Part shown: positions 9,102 to 18,364 of the stretch, piece after piece
Layout: each line of letters starts with the position of its first letter
Numbering within the stretch: position 1 is the stretch's first letter
Origin: a virus
Lineage: Duplodnaviria; Caudoviricetes
IMG/VR virus record: IMGVR_UViG_3300010163_000002
Location: 128,001-192,000 of that record
DNA length: 64,000 nucleotides
Direction: 5' to 3' (one strand)
The notes under the pieces: model-generated
What the model was told of the DNA's origin: nothing
The model's input: only the letters and a program-made list of their open reading frames with translations
The model's database searches: none
Translations under genes and position numbers: made by a program

Positions 9102-9280
9102 CAACGATAGCATATAAAATGTAAAAATATACCATATAAAACACTCTAATAATATATGCTATGAGATATATTCTGGTCTTCTTATATAGCATGGCATGTA
9201 TTATCGTTATCCACATCCTTTTTGATTACGGGCGAGGTAAAACTCGCCTGTAATAATAAATATTATAAGAGGTTGAAACT

Positions 9281-9985
9281 ATGTCTGTTCCTGTTTATAG
9301 AAGAAATGAATCTAAATTGGAGTTTTACGAAAATTTCTTTAAGCTTAGAAGAGAAGTTTTACTTCTGTTAGCTAGGGATTTCGGAATTAAAGCTAGAACG
9401 TATGACGTAAATCTTGTGTCTGACATTTATGGCTTAAATAATCATGATAGAAATGAACTAATGGATATAGGGCAAAGAAATAATATCACCGGGTTTAATG
9501 TTGATAAGATCCCTATGTGGTTAATCGAGAATTGGCGGTATGAGATAATGAACATTTTAAATAATATTGGGATCGCCATTAACTGTGCTAATGCTATTTA
9601 CATAGTTAATCTTCCCGAATATTATGATAGACGGAATTTTCTTAATCATGCTATAGGATATTGCATGGCTCTTCAGGATAAGCTGAATGAAATCATAGTT
9701 TGCTTAAAAGATGTCAAATTAGGTGCGTATGAAAACGTATATAAGTTGATAGTTAGCGAAATAAGATTGTTAAAAGCTTTAAGGAGAAGTGACAATAAAC
9801 TATATAAAAAGTATGAGAATACTTTTCCGTACTACAATGGTTCGTTTTATTACAATGCTCCGCCTGTCCCGCCAACGTATATGTATGACGTTGAGAATGG
9901 CTCGGTAAATCGAGTCATGCTGGACATGTGCAAAATAGTTGATAAGAAAACAACCCCGTTTAAATCTCTGGGCATAGCTGCATAA
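9281..9985 (+). CDS. avd: DGR accessory variability determinant (Avd-like helical protein) with C-terminal extension
   Basis: MSVP..RR.ESKLEF N-terminus, ANAIY...YYDRR...AIG.C and EI.LLK..R.SD; lies between target and TR. Confidence 0.85.
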   Translation: MSVPVYRRNESKLEFYENFFKLRREVLLLLARDFGIKARTYDVNLVSDIYGLNNHDRNELMDIGQRNNITGFNVDKIPMWLIENWRYEIMNILNNIGIAINCANAIYIVNLPEYYDRRNFLNHAIGYCMALQDKLNEIIVCLKDVKLGAYENVYKLIVSEIRLLKALRRSDNKLYKKYENTFPYYNGSFYYNAPPVPPTYMYDVENGSVNRVMLDMCKIVDKKTTPFKSLGIAA

Positions 9986-10072
9986 TTCCACGAATTTCTG
10001 CAATTGCAACAACAATGGCAATTCGAACTACAATAACGCGTCTAATGTCAACGGCGTGCGGCCCCGATTACT
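9984..10072 (+). ncRNA. DGR template repeat (TR), part of the avd-TR-spacer RNA
   Basis: 12 AAY codons in the VR frame; differs from VR only at adenines. Confidence 0.95.
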
Positions 10073-10209
10073 GCCGGTATAACCAGAGGGTTATATTGGA
10101 GAGTAAGGAGCTTATGCCCATCCTCTCGTTCATACGAACGTTTGGTGAATTATTACTCGGAACCCGGATACGTCCGATGGTTTAATTTTTGTTTTGGTTG
10201 GTGCTATAG

Positions 10210-11400
10210 ATGTATGAAGCAATCTGTTTAATTGATAATTTATATGACGGATTTAGAGATGTTAGGTCTAAAAGCGGATGGAAACCTGAAACTCAACGGT
10301 ATTCTATGTATATGATGCCTAATCTTATTGAATTGAGAGATTCATTAGTTAATGGTACGTATAGACCTACTCCTCCAAATGGCTTTATTCAAAATGAGAG
10401 AGGAAAACCTAGATGGATAGAGTCAAGGTGCGTTAACGATAGAATCGTTAATAAAGTGGTGCATGATCATGAGATCATGCCAGCCATATTTCCAAAACTT
10501 ATATATGATAATGCCGCGTCTATAGAAAACAGAGGAACAGATTTCTTCAGGCGTAGATTGTTGTACCATCTTTCTAGTTTTGCTGCAGAACATGGAACAG
10601 ACGGTTATATTCTATTAATAGATTTTAAGAAATTCTTTGATAATATCAGACATGATGATCTAATACTGATGTTCAGACAGGTGATTTCTGATCCAAGATC
10701 GATGCGCCTTATTGAGATGATGATTAGATCTAATAGAGTTGATGTTTCATACATGAGTGATGAAGAGTATGCCAATTGCATGAATGTACCGTTCAATAAC
10801 CTTGAGTATCGTCAGAAAATTGTTTCTGGCGAATATAAAGCAACTGGCGAACGGTTTATGAATAAGTACATGGGGATTGGCAGCCAGATAAGTCAGGATG
10901 CTGGTATTTATTATCCTCATGATATAGATAATTATTGCAAGATAGTGAGGGGCGTTAAGGGTTATGGAAGATATATGGATGATTCTTATGCCATTCATCA
11001 TTCTAAAGAATTCTTATGGGATTTATTGATGCATATAAAAGAAATATGTATTACCCTTGGAATATTTTTGAATGAACAAAAGACTCAGATTGTAAATCTC
11101 AAACATGAATTTACAATATTACATACAAGATATAAGCTACATGAAAATGGAGATGTTTCAATAATCGCTGATTCTGATTCATTCAGCAGAGAACGCCGTA
11201 AGCTTAATAAGCAAGCTGATATGTTGAATGAAGGTTATGAAAGAATATCATATGATATTATTCGTAATCAATATAACTCATGGAGAGGAAATATTGTTAG
11301 AACAGCTAATGGTAGAAATATAGAACCATTACAAAGGATGGATAATCATTTTAATGAATTATTCATCGAACCATTCGCTAATGGCCAAATAATTATATAG
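10210..11400 (+). CDS. DGR reverse transcriptase
   Basis: ERGKPR, DRIV, IDFKKFFDNI, IGSQISQ (DGR-type SQ), RYMDD; no maturase or endonuclease domain. Confidence 0.96.
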   Translation: MYEAICLIDNLYDGFRDVRSKSGWKPETQRYSMYMMPNLIELRDSLVNGTYRPTPPNGFIQNERGKPRWIESRCVNDRIVNKVVHDHEIMPAIFPKLIYDNAASIENRGTDFFRRRLLYHLSSFAAEHGTDGYILLIDFKKFFDNIRHDDLILMFRQVISDPRSMRLIEMMIRSNRVDVSYMSDEEYANCMNVPFNNLEYRQKIVSGEYKATGERFMNKYMGIGSQISQDAGIYYPHDIDNYCKIVRGVKGYGRYMDDSYAIHHSKEFLWDLLMHIKEICITLGIFLNEQKTQIVNLKHEFTILHTRYKLHENGDVSIIADSDSFSRERRKLNKQADMLNEGYERISYDIIRNQYNSWRGNIVRTANGRNIEPLQRMDNHFNELFIEPFANGQIII

Positions 11401-11413
11401 GAGGTATATTAAA

Positions 11414-11665
11414 ATGGCTAGAACTTCTGCTGATATCCAGCGCGAAATCGATGTATTGCTTAACAGGTTGTCTGCTAACTCTTCAGATATTGGTGATTGG
11501 AAGGTCACTAAGATTTATGAAGCAAGACTTCTGAATAATCCCGATCCTTATGATACTGCTGCTCTTATTGCTGAGCGGCAGGCTGTACGTGATCAGATTA
11601 ATACTCTGCAGGAAGAACTGAAGACTGTTCAGTCGGCAGAATCTCATAATATCCAGTATGAGTAA
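11414..11665 (+). CDS. small tail-fibre chaperone-like protein
   Basis: L...DWKVTK..E....PY...L.AERQAVRDQINTL pattern typical of genes that follow tail-fibre genes. Confidence 0.55.
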   Translation: MARTSADIQREIDVLLNRLSANSSDIGDWKVTKIYEARLLNNPDPYDTAALIAERQAVRDQINTLQEELKTVQSAESHNIQYE

Positions 11666-11702
11666 TTAATAATTTACAGTATTTTGCCATAATATAAAAT
11701 AC

Positions 11703-11728
11703 ACCCGTAGGGAGAAATCCCTACGGGT
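11703..11728. terminator. bidirectional terminator hairpin
   Basis: ACCCGTAGGGA-GAAA-TCCCTACGGGT between convergent genes. Confidence 0.8.
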
Positions 11729-11735
11729 TTAATAT

Positions 11736-12332
11736 TTATCTGTTATAACCAAGCTTTCTCAAATGTTTGCTTACTGTGGAAGCGCATCTATCGCATTCTT
11801 CCGCAATTTTAGCATATGTATAACCTTTATTAAATAATTTAATAAATTTATTCACTTCTTCATTTGTTACTCTATTAGAAGTTCTCTTTAGAGTTTCACT
11901 GTTTTTCATACGATATTTAATTGTGTTTTCCGATATATTCAGCTCTTCAGCAATGGTTTTTATATAGCAACCGTCTTTAACCATACTATTTAATTTTTTA
12001 ATCTGTTTATCTGTTAATTTGTTTTTGGAGTTAATCTTTATTTTAGCTGGAGATTTTAATCTTGCACGCACACAACTACGGCTTTTTCCTAAAGCATTAG
12101 CAATTTGTGACAATGATAACCCTGCACTTCTCATTGCTAACATTTCTTCTCGTTCCGATTCAGTTGTTATATTATTATAGGTAGTTATTGCGTTATATAC
12201 TTCAATTTGAGATAATTTAGTCTTTTTGGCGATTTCATCAATATAATAACCAGAATTACGATACATAACGCAAATCCTTTTATTATACGATTCTATAGAT
12301 TCTCCCTTTTTTCTTCTTGGTTTTCCTAACAT
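11736..12332 (-). CDS. multi-HTH DNA-binding protein
   Basis: Four HTH-like repeats (e.g. GLSLSQIANALGKSRSCVR, GYTYAKIAEECDRCASTVSKHL). Confidence 0.8.
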   Translation of the reverse strand: MLGKPRRKKGESIESYNKRICVMYRNSGYYIDEIAKKTKLSQIEVYNAITTYNNITTESEREEMLAMRSAGLSLSQIANALGKSRSCVRARLKSPAKIKINSKNKLTDKQIKKLNSMVKDGCYIKTIAEELNISENTIKYRMKNSETLKRTSNRVTNEEVNKFIKLFNKGYTYAKIAEECDRCASTVSKHLRKLGYNR

Positions 12333-12416
12333 AGTTAAATTTACCTCCTTAGAAAACTTAGTATTATTTAGATGTAAATATAACCACGGCGGGGCAGTTC
12401 CCGCCGTGATAATACT

Positions 12417-13640
12417 TTATTTAAGAGAAAGCACTTCTTCAGGATCGATTTCATTTAATGCTAATGTGCTATCATGGAATGCTTTCATAGCTTTATTCTT
12501 TACAGACGACATCATAACCATAGATACGAGGCCTACATTCTCTATACCAGCTCTTCTGAATAATGTACCAGCACACGTTTCACATATGCATCCATCTTGT
12601 GTTCTAGCGCATAGAGAAGAATATCTCATTTTAACAGTTTTACCAATAAGGGAATCCATATTATCAGATGTAATCTCTATAGGATTCCCCGATGAATTAA
12701 TATAGTATGAATACATCCAGCTTTTGATATTTTTATTTGTTAATGTGACATCAATTGTTCTCTTTGTACCGCAATCTGTATGCGGTATAATTTTAATATG
12801 CTGAGTAGCGCGAGTAAATAATTTTTCGTTATATCCGCCATATCTTGTCTTTTGTGACCTTGAATATGGTCCGCCAACTGCAGCATCATTTGTTTTAGCA
12901 AAATCTTTAGGATCAAGACCAGAAATATATGAACTTCCGACATAATCATATGAACCATCTGTCTTTTTAATTGATCCCTTAAGAAGATACATATTCTTAA
13001 AATTATTTCCCCACTTAGAACGTGCTCCTGAATTATACATATCTGCTGATTCAGAATCTTTTAATTCTTCTTTAGCAAAATCAATTAACTCATTCTCTAT
13101 CTTTTTAATCGCTTCTAGGTCTCCATCCTCTAACTCTTTAGCGTATTTTGCTTCAAGTTCTTTCTTTTTCTTCTCTGCTTTTGTTGTAATAAGAAGAATA
13201 TCCATATCATGAGATGGGCATAATGCAGACGCACAACTCATTAATATTTGGGTTTGCATTATAAAGTCTTTTACTTGATCTATAGTTACTTTTTCTTCAA
13301 GAAGAGCATACGATATCTTTTCGTTTATTTTATCGTATGTTTTATCTGTTACTGTTTCATTCACATACCCAAGTATATCAGCCATTGGTTCAATAAATGA
13401 TTTATTGAATAACCATAATCCAACTGTAGTAGTAAAAGAGTTTTTATTTTTCTTTTTATTGCCGTAATATCCTTTAGGAATTACTATGGTATCATATGTA
13501 TTGAACATTGGGCCGTCCCCATAATCTGCGAACCACTCCATTATTTTAGATTTCTCACATGCCTCATCATGAGTTAATGATAAGATCTCTTCAACATCTT
13601 TTGGATTATCTATAATATTGCTCACTCGCTTATTAGCCAT
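12417..13640 (-). CDS. phage multisubunit RNA polymerase beta-prime C-terminal subunit (probably virion RNAP)
   Basis: Bridge helix GGYNEK...QHIKII..DCGT, Zn site RYSSLC...CICETCAG, trigger loop AMKAFH; late motif at 13666-13677. Confidence 0.85.
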   Translation of the reverse strand: MANKRVSNIIDNPKDVEEILSLTHDEACEKSKIMEWFADYGDGPMFNTYDTIVIPKGYYGNKKKNKNSFTTTVGLWLFNKSFIEPMADILGYVNETVTDKTYDKINEKISYALLEEKVTIDQVKDFIMQTQILMSCASALCPSHDMDILLITTKAEKKKKELEAKYAKELEDGDLEAIKKIENELIDFAKEELKDSESADMYNSGARSKWGNNFKNMYLLKGSIKKTDGSYDYVGSSYISGLDPKDFAKTNDAAVGGPYSRSQKTRYGGYNEKLFTRATQHIKIIPHTDCGTKRTIDVTLTNKNIKSWMYSYYINSSGNPIEITSDNMDSLIGKTVKMRYSSLCARTQDGCICETCAGTLFRRAGIENVGLVSMVMMSSVKNKAMKAFHDSTLALNEIDPEEVLSLK

Positions 13641-13848
13641 AGTGCACCTCCTATAACTCTCATTTTAATGAAATGTCAATAGCTCTAAATCATATAAATA
13701 AGTCATATAATAACTTTATATTGCTATATATTGTATTATTGTGCTTTATATAAGCTATAAATTATAATAAATTAGTTCATGATTGGGTCTTTATTGTTGG
13801 TAATACATTTTAGTAACAATCACTAGATAGAGGAGGATTTAACTAATC

Positions 13849-14067
13849 ATGGATACAAATAATAAAGTAATCTTATATTCTACTGGGTGCCCTAAATGCA
13901 AAGTGCTTAAAAAGAAACTGGATTCTTCTACACTTGAGTACGTAGAGGTTAATGATAAAGAGGAAATGGAGAAATTATCAATTGATTCTGTCCCTGTGTT
14001 GTCTGTATATGGAAAATTACTGAAATTTTCTGATGCTGTAAAATATGTGAATGAATATATTAAATAA
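13849..14067 (+). CDS. glutaredoxin/NrdH-like redoxin
   Basis: YSTGCPKC and SVPVL; 72 aa; directly upstream of nrdD. Confidence 0.9.
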   Translation: MDTNNKVILYSTGCPKCKVLKKKLDSSTLEYVEVNDKEEMEKLSIDSVPVLSVYGKLLKFSDAVKYVNEYIK

Positions 14068-14084
14068 ATGGAGGTAAAGTAACG

Positions 14085-16004
14085 ATGTATAATATTCCGA
14101 TAAAACTTAACAGAGATTTTGAAAGTTCAATTTGTCACGCTAAAAGTAAGTATGGGGAGGACTTTGAAATTCTTAATGGGTTTCATGAATCTCAGGTAAA
14201 CTTCTCGGACTTTATTGATGGTTTCATTGATAAGAATGTAGCAGATGTTACTATCGATGCAAATGCAAATGCTTCCCATAAAGATATCAGATCTTTATTA
14301 TCAGAGAAAGGTAAATCGCACGATAAGCTTTTTGCTTTCAGTAAAATCTTTTATGAAATGAAAAAGAAATGGGGATTATGGACGGCGAGAACATGGCTCG
14401 ATACAGAGTATTCTGGAGGATTTTATTTGCATGATGCGCCATCAACATCTTACATGCCATATTGTTATGCTTATGATCTGTGCAGATTGGCTGAAGAAGG
14501 TTTATTCTTCTTAAAAAATTACAATGCCGAACCTCCAAAACATTTGACTACATTTTTGGATGATGTAATTGAATATATAAGTTACATGAGTAACAGATCT
14601 TCCGGCGCTGTTGGTATTCCAAATGTTCTTGTATGGACTTTCTATTTTTGGAAGCATGATATTAAAACTGGCCATGTTATTAAAGACCCGGATTATTATG
14701 TAAGACAAATTTTCCAGAAATTGATTTATAGATTAAATCAGCCGTTTATGAGAATTGATCAATCTGCATTTGTTAACATGTCAATTTTTGATAGAGAATA
14801 CGCAGAAGCTCTATTTGGCGGGCTGGAGTATCCTGATGGTACATTCTTCATTGATTATATAGATGAGTTTATGGAACACCAGAAAATATTCATGGATGTT
14901 GTATCTGAAATCCGTAGTGTCAATATGTTTACTTTTCCGATTTTAACATATTCTCTTCTTTATAAGAATGGGAAGTTTGTTGATGAAGAATTTGCTCGTT
15001 GGTGCTCTGATCATAATACTTTATGGAATGATTCTAATTTCTTTATTAGTGGCGATGTAACCACATTGAGTAATTGCTGCAGATTGTTAAGCGATACCAG
15101 CAAGTTAAGTGGGTTCATTAATTCTATTGGGGGTACAGCGCTTTCAATTGGTTCTATCAAGGTAAATACAATTAATCTTGTTAGAATAGCATATGAATCT
15201 AATTGCGATGAGGAAGAATATCTCAGGATATTGAGAGATAGAACGGAATTATGTTGTAAGACATTGGATACAGTAAGACATATTATCAAACGTAATATTG
15301 AAAAAGGGCTGCTTCCAAACTATCAGGATGGCGCTATTGAAATAGATAAACAATATTGTACTATCGGAATTCTTGGTATGTATGAAGTAATTGAAAAATT
15401 CGGTTACATTAAAAGAGATGAATTTGGGTACGTATATTATACAAATAAGGGAATGGAATTTGCTTGTAAAATCTTTGATGTATTAAATGATGTTAAAGAT
15501 AATTTTACCAAAGAATATTCATTCAACATCGAAAGTGTTCCTGCTGAACGCGCTGCAGTAATTCTTTGTCAGAAAGACAATCTTATATATGGAAATAATG
15601 ACAAATTCATTTATTCCAATCAGTGGATTCCTCTCAGTGAAAAATGTACTATTCAGGAAAAGCTTAGAACAGCAGCGGTTCTTGATAATAAGTGTTCTGG
15701 TGGTTCCATTGCGCATATTAATCTTGAATCTAACTTCCCGAATAAAGATTCTGCATGGAAGGCATTAAATAATATCGCTCAGTCTGGAGTAATTTATTTT
15801 GCTTTTAATACAAGAATCAATGAATGTAAAAATCATCATGGATTTGTTGGAACTGATCATTGCCCTGAATGCGGCGAAGTAGTATATGATACATACCAAA
15901 GAATTGTAGGATATCTTGTACCGACAAGAGCATATTCTAAGGATAGATTTAAAGAATTCACAACCAGAAAATGGTATGAGTATGCAGAAATGTTAGGAGA
16001 ATAA
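14085..16004 (+). CDS. nrdD: anaerobic (class III) ribonucleotide reductase
   Basis: Y.HD...PYC, SNCCRL finger loop, C-terminal Zn site and QRIVGYL glycyl-radical motif. Confidence 0.95.
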   Translation: MYNIPIKLNRDFESSICHAKSKYGEDFEILNGFHESQVNFSDFIDGFIDKNVADVTIDANANASHKDIRSLLSEKGKSHDKLFAFSKIFYEMKKKWGLWTARTWLDTEYSGGFYLHDAPSTSYMPYCYAYDLCRLAEEGLFFLKNYNAEPPKHLTTFLDDVIEYISYMSNRSSGAVGIPNVLVWTFYFWKHDIKTGHVIKDPDYYVRQIFQKLIYRLNQPFMRIDQSAFVNMSIFDREYAEALFGGLEYPDGTFFIDYIDEFMEHQKIFMDVVSEIRSVNMFTFPILTYSLLYKNGKFVDEEFARWCSDHNTLWNDSNFFISGDVTTLSNCCRLLSDTSKLSGFINSIGGTALSIGSIKVNTINLVRIAYESNCDEEEYLRILRDRTELCCKTLDTVRHIIKRNIEKGLLPNYQDGAIEIDKQYCTIGILGMYEVIEKFGYIKRDEFGYVYYTNKGMEFACKIFDVLNDVKDNFTKEYSFNIESVPAERAAVILCQKDNLIYGNNDKFIYSNQWIPLSEKCTIQEKLRTAAVLDNKCSGGSIAHINLESNFPNKDSAWKALNNIAQSGVIYFAFNTRINECKNHHGFVGTDHCPECGEVVYDTYQRIVGYLVPTRAYSKDRFKEFTTRKWYEYAEMLGE

Positions 16005-16007
16005 AAT

Positions 16008-16490
16008 ATGAGTTTAAAAATTAAATTGCTTGATATAAAAGACGAAGATTTTGTAAACTATAAGAAGGCGTCTATGTACATAGCATTCCCGCATTGTAGT
16101 TTTAAATGCGGTTGTGATTTATGTCAGAATTATGCATTGTCAAAGCAGACTCCTGTAGAGATTTCTATGGATGCTATCGTAGATAGATACGTTAACAATC
16201 CTATAACTGAAGCTATAGTGTTTGCTGGGTTGGAACCATTTAACGATGAAGTAGATTTAATTAATTTAATATCATCATTTAGAAAAAAAACTGATGATGA
16301 TATTGTTATATATACCGGGTTTAATAAGGAGGAAATTAAAAACTACATTGATTGTTTCATTAATATTCTTGGATTTAAGAATATCATTATTAAATATGGT
16401 AGATATATTCCTAATCAAACTCCTCATAAAGATGAAGTATTAGGAGTTAATCTTGCTTCAGATAATCAGTATGCAGAAAGGATTTGTTAG
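16008..16490 (+). CDS. nrdG: NrdD activating radical-SAM enzyme
   Basis: DEDFVNYK, CSFKC...CQN, GLEPF, IYTG, K.GRY, LASDNQ. Confidence 0.9.
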   Translation: MSLKIKLLDIKDEDFVNYKKASMYIAFPHCSFKCGCDLCQNYALSKQTPVEISMDAIVDRYVNNPITEAIVFAGLEPFNDEVDLINLISSFRKKTDDDIVIYTGFNKEEIKNYIDCFINILGFKNIIIKYGRYIPNQTPHKDEVLGVNLASDNQYAERIC

Positions 16491-16491
16491 C

Positions 16492-16674
16492 ATGAGGATC
16501 GTAGAAAATAGTGATAGAGAATTGGTAAATGATATCAGAAAACAGCTTAAAGAAAACGGCGGTTACTGCCCATGCAGAATTCAGAAAATTCCTGAAAATA
16601 AATGCATGTGTAAGGAATTTAGAGAGCAGGAAGAAGGAGAATGCCATTGTGGTTTATACATAAAGTATAAATAA
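16492..16674 (+). CDS. ferredoxin-thioredoxin reductase catalytic-subunit-like protein
   Basis: GYCPC...CMC...CHCGLY cysteine pattern; start at ATG 16492. Confidence 0.85.
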   Translation: MRIVENSDRELVNDIRKQLKENGGYCPCRIQKIPENKCMCKEFREQEEGECHCGLYIKYK

Positions 16675-16684
16675 TAATTCGTAT

Positions 16685-16710
16685 TAGAGGGTGGTTAATT
16701 CCACCCTCTA
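16685..16710. terminator. terminator hairpin
   Basis: TAGAGGGTGG-TTAATT-CCACCCTCTA. Confidence 0.75.
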
Positions 16711-16824
16711 TAAATTATTTGAAAATAATATAATATATCTCTGTAGTAAAATATTATAAAGCCGAATAATTAAAAATAATTTATCCGGTTACAATGTAAT
16801 AATAAGAAAGGAGGATATTTAAGT

Positions 16825-18345
16825 ATGGACAACGATAAGAAGGTTGATGGGCCAAATATAGTTTTGCAATATCCATTCAACGACAAATACGATTATGAGA
16901 CAGAGTTAAATAGAATAGATCTTGATAAGCGTAGAGTAGAGAATATTAAAACTGGTAAAGGTTTTATTATTTCCTCGCCAAGAAGTATCAAGAAAGATAT
17001 TAAAAATCAGGAGGGTATATTTTCAAGTAGATACGGATCAAATTCCATTTCTGATGTAGATTCTTTCAATGGCAGATACCGTTGTAAATGCGGTAGAAAG
17101 AGAGGGTCTATTAATCACGGCGATTTATGTTTAGTATGTGGCGAAAGAGTTAGGTTAGTTGATGATGATGTATCAATTAAAGGATATTTAGTTCTTAAAG
17201 ATCCGTATTGGATTATACATCCAAATATTTATTGTGCATTGGAGGCATTCATTGGAGCCACAAGATTAAACAGAATTATAGAACCAGAAGTCAATATAGA
17301 CTGTAATGGCGCTGTTATTAATACTGCTTCTACAAAAAAGAATGAACCATTTAAGGGTATTGGATTGATAGAATTTCATGATAGATTTGATGAAATTATG
17401 AATTTCTATTTATCAAAATATCCTGGAAAGAAGAATTACTATGATAGTATTATGAGTGCGAGAGATATAGTATTTACTCATACTATTAGCGTATATTCAT
17501 CTTTACTGAGACCGTCTCGTCTTGATAATGGTTCATTAAGATACGAGGCATGCAATGAGCAATTTAATATGCTGGCTTCATTGGTATACAGGGTAAATAA
17601 TGATAAACTTCATATGAATCGTAAGATTAAAGAAAAGTATGAATTGCTCTATGATATCCAGTGCCAGCTTAATTCTGTTTATATAGAATTAAAGAATATT
17701 TTAAGTAAAAAGAAAGGCGATATTAGATCATCAATTGGAGGTCGATTTTGCTTTAGTGAGCGTAGCGTGATTAGGCAGGATGTTAATTTAATGCCAGATC
17801 AAATTCGTCTTCCATTTCATGGATTATGCGAATTATTACAACAGGTTATTATTAATATCCTTGTAAAAACATACAACTTTAGCTATGCTAAAGCATATAA
17901 GAAATGGTATAAGGCTCAGGTTACTGGGCATGATCAAGTTGTTTATGATATTATAAATGGTTTGATACATGATTCACCTGGAGGATTGCCATTTATTATT
18001 AATAGAAATCCAACTATCTCGTACGGTGGCGTACTTATGGTAAGATGTATTGGTATTAATATGGATTTTACTATGAGTATTTCATTATTAATATTGAAAC
18101 TGTTAGCAGCAGATTTCGATGGAGATACACTTAATATTCTCTATTTGCTTAATCAGGAATTTATCAAAATAGCAGAAGAGGTTATTAATCCAAGACAGAT
18201 GTTTATATCTAGGAATGATGGTATGTGCAATTCAGACCTTCTTCATTCTAGAGATGTAATCATAAACGCAAATGCTCTTAAGAATTTGTATGTATATTCC
18301 AATGGAGAATTAGAACAAATTAGAGCCATGCAAAATATAAACTAA
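16825..18345 (+). CDS. phage multisubunit RNA polymerase beta-prime N-terminal/catalytic subunit (probably non-virion RNAP)
   Basis: Zn finger RCKCG...CLVCG, GRFCFSERSVI, NRNPTI and catalytic ADFDGD. Confidence 0.92.
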   Translation: MDNDKKVDGPNIVLQYPFNDKYDYETELNRIDLDKRRVENIKTGKGFIISSPRSIKKDIKNQEGIFSSRYGSNSISDVDSFNGRYRCKCGRKRGSINHGDLCLVCGERVRLVDDDVSIKGYLVLKDPYWIIHPNIYCALEAFIGATRLNRIIEPEVNIDCNGAVINTASTKKNEPFKGIGLIEFHDRFDEIMNFYLSKYPGKKNYYDSIMSARDIVFTHTISVYSSLLRPSRLDNGSLRYEACNEQFNMLASLVYRVNNDKLHMNRKIKEKYELLYDIQCQLNSVYIELKNILSKKKGDIRSSIGGRFCFSERSVIRQDVNLMPDQIRLPFHGLCELLQQVIINILVKTYNFSYAKAYKKWYKAQVTGHDQVVYDIINGLIHDSPGGLPFIINRNPTISYGGVLMVRCIGINMDFTMSISLLILKLLAADFDGDTLNILYLLNQEFIKIAEEVINPRQMFISRNDGMCNSDLLHSRDVIINANALKNLYVYSNGELEQIRAMQNIN

Positions 18346-18364
18346 AAAATGGAGGAATAAGAAA

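Noticed and set aside
10210-11400. RT as a group II intron, retron or Abi RT
   Set aside because: It has no maturase or endonuclease domain, carries the DGR-type SQ motif, and sits next to avd and an adenine-specific TR/VR pair.
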